A program made the translations under genes and the position numbers. DNA of 64,000 nt from Lama glama (Eukaryota): assembly GCA_028534125.1 (NCBI GenBank), contig CM052818.1, positions 20,400,001-20,464,000 of the forward strand. Direction: 5' to 3'. Below the pieces are notes generated by a model, which made no database searches, was not told where the DNA came from, and worked only from the letters and a program-made list of their open reading frames with translations. Shown here in pieces: positions 62,361 to 64,000 of the stretch. Position 1 is the stretch's first letter; every line of letters begins with the position of its first letter.

Positions 62361-64000
62361 GCTCGGCCCTGGAGAGGAAGCCCAGAGCAGATCCTGGCCT
62401 GGGAGCCAAGCCTCCCGCTGCTCTAGGCTGCTGCTCCTAATCCGAGGATAAAACAGTCTGCAGAACAATCAAAGCCATGTAGACTGGCTTTGGGGGAAAA
62501 CACAGGCGTGTGCAAGACAAGAGTCAGCCACACCCTCACCAGCCACCTCATCCCCAGGGAAAGTCTTGCAAGACTTGTGGGGAAGCCCTCAGGGAAATGT
62601 ATTCCACCAAGGTTACCTTCCCAGCAGGGATAAATCCAGTGGAGTCCAATTTTTTCCTAATTCTGTGGGGAAATGCACTCCAGAAGCTCTTCAGAAGACA
62701 CAGCAGGACCTCAAAGACGTTTCTTCACCTCTGAACCCAAACATAATCCAGTACATTCAAATGTTTCCTCAATATCCAATTGGCCTGCCTTAATTCCTGA
62801 AAGTTGTTCAATAGGGAGCCGATTTATTTCTCCCTTGGCCAACTGCCAGTCCACTTAAAACCCTTTCACTCTCAGTCAGATGCTCTGTTATATTTAAGAC
62901 TCAATTTTCCTCTCTCTCTCTGGCTTCCTCCTCCATTGCTGATCCAATCACTTCAAGGATTTTAACCTTTTCTCTTTAGCAGTTTAATGCATTTGGGTCC
63001 CTCTGACTGCCTTTCTTCCCTCTTCCTCAAGTTTACCCCTCCCCTACCTTGTTCTGGAGTAGCCCGGGGGCACCGCCCAGCATAGTGCCTGGAGGGGGAA
63101 AGGGGAGGGAGGCCATCTGTGCCCCTCATGCACCCAGGGCCTCCACCAGGTCTTCTGAGCCTGTACTGATGAGGGGAAGCCCAGTGTTGTCCTTCCGGGC
63201 AGACACCCGGCCAAACACTGGTCCAGCCGAGTGGTGGGTGGGAGCAATCTCCAACAGGGGTTCCAGTTAGGGATGCCTGGGCCTCTGCAGGCCTTGCTAA
63301 CCCAGCCAGGCATCTCAGAAGCTGCTGGAACACTGATGCCCAGAGCTCCTGCCTGACAGAGGGTGGTGGGCCAGCAGCAACAGAGCGTGGCCTCTGCTCC
63401 TGCTGCCCCTTAGCCAGGGGCCACATGGAGGAACACAGCACTCTGGTGAGGCAGAAGCAGCTGCCCCCCACTTAGCCCAGCAGAGGGTAAGACTAAGGAG
63501 TGACCCAGGGTCACACCAGCCAGGCCTGAGTTCAGAATCAGGAAGATTTTCAGAGAGAACATGGGAAACCTTAACCCTCCTCTACCCAAATTACACTGAG
63601 CTCAGCCACGCACAGCGCCATAAGGAGAAAGGGCTCACCTCGGTTTAATTGTGGGTGTTGAGCTTTGTTTTAGTAAACGCACGATTTTAAATCTCCAGAG
63701 TATCTGAGCCGTTCTCCAGCTGGAGAGCTGTAAGGATTTAATTAACCTAATTACCTGCAACTTCCTGCCTCCAGAAACTGGTGCTCTGTAACTTGGCAGT
63801 GCCCTGGCCCAGGCAAAGCCGTCTCTGCCCTGTGAGCAGCACTAGACCCCCGGATGCAGCTTCTCTCTGCCCAGCAGCCGCCCAAACGAGGAGATATCCA
63901 AGAGGCATCAAGACTCTTCCACTTGGCCTTCGTGACTGGCTGACCAGCTAATTAGGAGGTTTTATATTAGATTCCAGTGTGTTCTGGGAAACCATGTCAT

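Overview
Mammalian genomic DNA, most likely from a camelid (alpaca, llama, vicuna or camel). That call rests on three tRNA-derived SINEs with the GGGGAGGGTATAGCTCA head typical of camelid Vic-1-type SINEs, cetartiodactyl-type L1 3' ends, and no Alu, Bov-tA/BovB or PRE-1 that I could recognise. The only supportable coding sequence is a 160-bp minus-strand exon (1270-1429) of protein kinase C epsilon (PRKCE). It is equivalent to human exon 3 and encodes the pseudosubstrate [13 protein letters not shown] and the first half of the C1A zinc finger. The rest of the window is intron: 1-1269 is the downstream intron, and 1430-64000 is part of the very large upstream intron. It is filled with old L1, L2, MIR, MaLR LTR and DNA-transposon fossils, simple repeats and several motif-dense candidate enhancers. 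I found no evidence of a new multi-gene system, and the ORF-track peptides look like chance ORFs. The most notable small-scale observations are a perfect 21-bp inverted copy 316 bp from its partner (possible templated insertion), a 5'-inverted (twin-primed) L1 with a 10-bp TSD, a 21-bp minisatellite inside a MIR, and nested transposon stacks. Repeat family names and boundaries were assigned by eye and are approximate.
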